DNA from: Bigelowiella natans CCMP2755 | Lineage: Eukaryota > Protista > Cercozoa | NCBI GenBank assembly: GCA_000320545.1 | Contig: ADNK01003483.1 | Span: forward strand, 1-64,000 | DNA: 64,000 bases | Reading direction: 5' to 3' | Part shown: piece after piece, positions 58,225-64,000 of the stretch | Position numbering within the stretch: position 1 is the first letter of the stretch | Layout of the letters: each line of letters opens with the position of its first letter | Notes under the pieces: model-generated | What the model saw: the letters and a program-made list of their open reading frames with translations, nothing else | Database searches by the model: none | What the model was told of the DNA's origin: nothing | Translations under genes and position numbers: made by a program

Positions 58225-58789
58225 TGCAGCATGCCTCCGTCCTCGTCATAACATCAGAGAATATTTATAACATGCTCAAAAATGGCTTGAAGGGGAGGCT
58301 ACTACTACTACTACGCACAGGTGTAGCACAAGAAGCAAGAACGTTAAATAGGAGCTACTACTACTACCTCTGAGAGAGGTTTCAGCTTATCTAAAGATCC
58401 ATCCATAAGTTCCATTGATAACATCAAGAATCTTTTTATCACAATACCAATATCATTATCCGGTAATAATAATAAAAGTAGCCGTACGTATGGTTTTAAC
58501 AGCAGCATATAGTGAGTGTACTGAATCTTGTTGTTATTCTTCTTCTTCTTCTTGTTGTATACATATGCATATGTTACAATAGGCAGATATAGGCTAATCC
58601 CTACTAGTAGTACAAGGATTACCTATCCACAGTCTCACATCCATAGTAATGAACTAACTGTGGGCATATCTGATGATGATCATGATGATGATCATCATCA
58701 TGAAAGCCAGCCCCCCCGATATATAAATAATGATGTACAAACAGCTTAGAAATTGGTCCAGCTTGTCCTCAGTAGCTTGTTGGCAATAC

Positions 58790-58826
<37 letters not shown>

Positions 58827-58995
58827 GAAAATATAATTGATATGTATAAGTGTTACCTCTCCTTCCGCTAAAGCTTCTATTTCCTTGTTAATCTCGGCTA
58901 AATCCTCCTCTCCCGACTGATAAGATGAAGAAGAACAACAATTACTCGTTTCTTGTTCGGTTTGTGAGGTATTTCAGGATGACACCGCCCCAGTC

Positions 58996-59032
<37 letters not shown>

Positions 59033-59417
59033 AACATTGGGTGCTGTTGTTGCCCACCGGTCATCATCCATCATCAAACACCAACCAAATCTCTATTGTA
59101 ATCATTATCATCACCAACCAAATCAATTGCTTTAACGGCGATTTTGGCCCCTTTCTTGACCTGAAATATGACGTTATGATGATGCTGATGTTGTTGTTGT
59201 TGATAATGATGCTGGTGGTGGTTATAATAGTAATCATATGGTGTGATGATAATAATAATAATAATAATAATAATAAGGGTCGTCGATAAATACGACTACA
59301 GTGATTAATGATATGGAACCAGAAGAAGAAGAAGAAGGAATGGATGGCACCAGAGGTATATTAACTACGCCTCTCTTCTTCTTCTTCTTCTTCTTCTTCT
59401 TCTGTCTACAACTCACT

Positions 59418-59470
<53 letters not shown>

Positions 59471-59615
59471 TGTAGGGGGGGGTGGAGGGTAATGATACAT
59501 ATGATGTAAGGGCATACTACTAGCTGCAGCTCCTACTACTAGTACTACTACTCTCCCATTGCATCATGTGGGTGGGTGGGTGTAATATCATCGACATATT
59601 ATAGAAGGCATATCC

Positions 59616-59652
<37 letters not shown>

Positions 59653-60030
59653 GTTATTCTACACAACGTAGTAACATTTAGTCTGCCTATATTATAATCA
59701 TACCTTTTTGAAGCGTCCTTGAAGAGGCCGTGCCATATACACACTTCCAAAAGCCTTAAAAGAGGAGGAGAGGGGGAGGAGGAGGAGATGAAAAATATAT
59801 AGGTACAACACCACACACACACACACACACACACACATCATATATATGTTCTTATCAAGAAGAACAACAATTTGAAGGATGATCCTTCCCAACATTAAGT
59901 GTTAAGTGGGCTGCTGACGTAATCCCCTTTATTATTATCATTATTATTATTATTATTATTATCATTATTATTATTGCTACCCCCTGCCCAATGCGTAATA
60001 GGAGGTCGTATTTGCGCTCCTCGAGCTGAA
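55963..60030 (-). CDS. STE20-family Ser/Thr protein kinase (kinase-domain and C-terminal exons)
   Basis: YDLLLRIGQG|AFGSVYMA, KIAVKAIDL|SGEEDLAEINKEIEAL, CPQLVHYYG, SMELMDGSL, FHR|DLKAANILWSISGEVKLADFG, TYVGSPYWMAPEVI, DVWSLGVTCVEIVTGK|VPY, LQKDPSQRCPIDELL. Confidence 0.93.
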
Positions 60031-60141
60031 GAAGAGGACGGGGAGGGGGTGGAGGGAAATAGCATTCAATGATAACCACAACAACAGGATAAATGCAAAC
60101 ATTCATCGAAATAATCAACAACAGCGCCACCTCTATGTGTG

Positions 60142-60176
<35 letters not shown>

Positions 60177-60249
60177 GTTTTATGGCACGTTAAGTCGATC
60201 AGAAATGAGGATGGCGATAACAATGATGACGATGATGATATGTAAATAA

Positions 60250-61204
60250 TGACCTGGCGAGCAATTTTCCGAAATATTTGCTTCGCTTTTATGAGCGTAC
60301 TGTCCTCAATCGCATTGATTGACTATCATTGTGCATAATAGAGTAGTAGTAGCAGTAGTAGTAGTAGTAGTAGTAATATCACGGTGGCATCTTTATGATA
60401 ATGATGATGATGATGGTGATGATGATGATGATGATGATGATGATGACAACAATAATAGCCTACCTCTCGAAGATAATTAAGATGAAAACGAGGCAAATTG
60501 TACACACTCTCCAATAGTTTTAATCCTGCAAGCTGAATCAATTCAACGGTCTTCGCCGCCTAAGAAAGGCAATGATGTATGGAAGAGAGGCGGTTTGTGA
60601 ACTACTAATATGATCAAATTGATGATGATGAAGAGGCGGTTTGTGAACTAATAATATGATCAAATTGATGACAACACTGAACAACACAATTATCACTTAA
60701 TGACGATTCTAGTAAAAACAGTAGCAGTGTAGCTAGTGGTCAATCAACTCCCTATCACCACCATCAGCATCACCATCATCATCGTACCACATAAAAGTAC
60801 TCATCAATTCTCTCTGTTGTCCTAAGTCGCTGCTTCTATTTTGATCATACGGGAAAGAAACAACTTACTCGGAGAAATTGGTCTATAGCTGGATTAGTGT
60901 GAGGATATTTCTGATGTGAGAAGAAGAAGAAGAAGAAGAAGAAGAAGAAGAAGAAGAAGAATAAGGAAAGATGGTATCATCATCCTTATATCTATACTAT
61001 ATATACATACACTAGTGGTAATGCTCACCAACAGTATGATTTGATTCCTACTTTTATTACTATGCAGACCTCGAATATATATTTATATATACTCAGTAGA
61101 TCTAATACTTATACTACCCGTTTTTGCTCATTCCTCGCTTTTCTCACTTGCCTCATGTGTGCATGGTTGAGTTGATGTCCTGTTGATATTACTATTATTA
61201 TTAC

Positions 61205-61240
<36 letters not shown>

Positions 61241-64000
61241 CACTATTATGAGGAGGAGGAGGAGGAGGAGGAGGAGAAGGAGGAAGCACACCAACAAGGC
61301 AGATTGGATTCTCCCAGCTACGGATGAAATAACCCCCTCCAGTAAGCTTATCATCATCACTACTATTTTCATTAAATCATCAATCATCACCCTGATTCTT
61401 GAGAAATGCCTCCTTATCACGTACAAACAGGGATGAGAGGTAGATGATTCCTACAACAACAACAAGAAGAAGAAGCAGCCAGACGAATCAAGGAAAAAAA
61501 AGGTGGTTGGTCCTGTTCTTTTTCATATTTTAACACCGCCACATCTTTTGGAATTGTGTGCTAAGATGAGTAGTAATACCTTGTCTTCGTACATTTTGCA
61601 TAATTCCAAGGAGATTATCTAAAGCTTCACCATTCAGCTCATCGTCTTTCATTTGGGCAGTGTGCCTCTTCTCTTCCTATATTAATATACATACATATAT
61701 CAACACTTAACACGCAATACTAGGACTAAACAATGAGAAAATAAGATGTTTTTGAGATGATGATGGTGATTTGAATAAATAATAGATTTATCAACTAGAA
61801 GTTATAAGTTTCGTACAACAAAAATAACAAGCAGGGAAAAGCTACTTAATCTTATCATTAATTTGTTTCAAACTAGCAAATATTCCTCCCCTCTTTTTCT
61901 TCCTCTTTATCTTCTTCTTCTTCCCTATCACTACTATCATCATTTTTGATGACTGATATTACGCACATTCTTTGTTCTTAATCTCTGTGCAGCTAAGTAA
62001 CTTGGAGATGTTGCCGGCCTATAATATACGTAAAAATATTGGGAAAATAGCAAATAAAAGGAAAAAGATGACAACCAAAAGCTTAACGCTGACTCTATAT
62101 TATTGTATGGTTTGAACAATTTGGTGAGCAAAACATTGAGTAAGGAGTTCTCAATCAATATTTGCAATAAGTCATCATGCAAGATTCTCAAAGCTCATTT
62201 CTAACATCGTCGTCGTCATTGATATTGTTGATGACATATAATCACATGTCCTATTCAGAGGATGATGATCTAATGGGCGCTTGGCTGCTGCTGCTGTATA
62301 CGACTTTTTCCTCCTTACAGCAGAATGATTTAAGCCTCCACCGGGAACGTCCAAGCGACCTTGCTCATCTTACCAAAAGTAAGTGAACATAAGTATTCGA
62401 GGGGGGGGGGGGGGGGAAGGGTATAGGGAGGTTGGACGAATTGTTAACTACTACATGAGGACGAGTATATAGTCATTCAAGAGGGCTATGATCACAATAT
62501 GCCATTAGCAACGAAGAAGAAGAAGAAGAAGAAGAAGAAGATGATGAAGAAGATGATGATGATGATGATGATGATGATGATAGGGATGTAAACTTTCCGA
62601 TAATTTGTTATTGTTTGGTGTTGTCTTGCTTTGATTATCTTGTCGTCTCTCACATGCTACAACTTGCCTCATCTGTAAATGAGATTATATATTACCTACG
62701 GAAGTAGTAGTAGCACTACTACTTTTAGAGGCAGCAGTACTCTCGCTAGTACCGTTAGGGTTATCTAACCCTGGGTGTACATGGCTACACATTCTGTGGA
62801 GAATAACAGAGAAATGACGAGGAGGAGGAATTAAGAAAGAAATAAGAAAGTGGTTGCTGCTTAAGAGAACAACACATTTTAAACGACAACAACTAGTACT
62901 ATTCCTGCATACATCACTCGTTTATTATGCAATAGATAAATACTTATCATCATCATCAACTACCTATATCCAGCAACACAAAAGCACATTCTAAAGTTGG
63001 CAGTTTGTTCTTTGAGAGATATTCTTATCTAAGAAGAAAGAAAATCAAAAGAGGGAGGAAGAAGAAACAAAGCTATTCAACAGGAAGAGAGGCTGCTCCT
63101 TGTCATCAGCTCCATCATCTAGCTGCTGTTGTATTCGTCAAGCATCAATAATACTACAACAACACATTCCTCCTCATAGCAGCAGTATCATATATCTCTA
63201 GATCATCATCATCATCCTTATAGCTTCTCGCTCCTCTCCCTCTCTCTCCCTCGCTACTGCTACTACTACTACTGCTACTACTACTACTGCTACTACTACT
63301 AATTGAATATACATCGTCTTTGAGAGGGCTGGTGGAAGGGAGGGAGGAATCGCCCCGAAGAAGAAGAAGAAGAAGAAGAGGAAAAGCCCCGTCGTATGGG
63401 TGCATCGTCGTCGTTGGTTGTTTGAGCAGCAGCAGCAGCAGCGTGGTAATAATCACGACGCAAACAACAGCAAAAATAACAACAACGTGGATAGGTAGGG
63501 TAAAAATGGAGAGTTTGAGCAAAAAGTGAATAAGATGAGGGGCATGATCCATGATCATCATTATCATCATCAACATCATCATCATCAATGCTGCTCGGCT
63601 GGCATACACACACCAACTCTAGTACCATCATCATACCTTGTTGTGTCCTGGAGAAACCCTCCCTTCTCTTCTCTTCGTCCCCCTCCCCCCCTAGTTTCAG
63701 TGTGCGTTAGAGGGAGTCGTTGGGGACGGTCAGATAGATGACCACGATGATCCTGCATGCAACGTCAAACACCGCCAATTCGTAGGAATGAAAGGAAAAG
63801 ACAATATCAATGACGTGAAGGATAGATAATCATGGAAGAAGGCAAAGAGCTCCTCCCTAGGATAAATAATGAATAATAGGAGGAGGAGAAAAAGAGAACA
63901 ATTCTTATCTGAAACAACAGCAGAGATAGCGCTTCTATACCCCATCATCATCATCATCATCATCATCACCATCATCATCATTCAGCTATGACAGACAGCA
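60250..64000 (-). CDS. Upstream coding exons, probably an N-terminal extension of the STE20 kinase gene (5' end not resolved)
   Basis: Open GT-AG-bounded segments: SINAIEDSTLIKAKQIFRKIARQ, AAKTVELIQLAGLKLLESVYNLPRFHLNYLRE, KYPHTNPAIDQFLR, EEKRHTAQMKDDELNGEALDNLLGIMQNVRRQ. Confidence 0.5.
60586..60671. repeat. Intronic 40-bp near-tandem duplication
   Basis: agaggcggtttgtgaacta.taatatgatcaaattgatga occurs twice. Confidence 0.85.

Noticed and set aside
62755-62772. Isolated telomere-like words (also 6037-6050)
   Set aside because: Only 1-2 units; expected by chance.

Overview
Eukaryotic nuclear DNA from an intron-rich, microsatellite-laden protist. It has TTAGGG telomeric repeats and GT-AG introns; the lineage cannot be fixed from sequence alone. 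Genes read by manual exon stitching: a VWA5A/PARP4-like C-terminal pseudogene fragment next to a telomeric array, a multi-exon coiled-coil protein, intronless SmG, an EEP + poly(A)-polymerase-like + MJ1316 fusion, an RS-rich RRM protein, a large TBC (Rab-GAP)/EF-hand/C2-like gene, intronless BTF3 (NAC beta), a DGAT2-family acyltransferase, a STE20-family kinase and several hypothetical proteins. The standout signal is non-coding. Intergenic islands downstream of gene 3' ends (convergent gene pairs and the subtelomere) have lost most or almost all TpA dinucleotides, apparently converted to TpG/CpA, while CpG stays abundant and CTAG is spared and enriched. A MITE with converted target-site duplications, a fossil (TAA)n microsatellite and a Tyr-poor pseudogene inside the islands suggest in-situ, context-specific A:T->G:C hypermutation (target 5'-TAH-3'/5'-DTA-3'), the opposite of RIP. 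All counts are by eye and exon boundaries are approximate unless stated.
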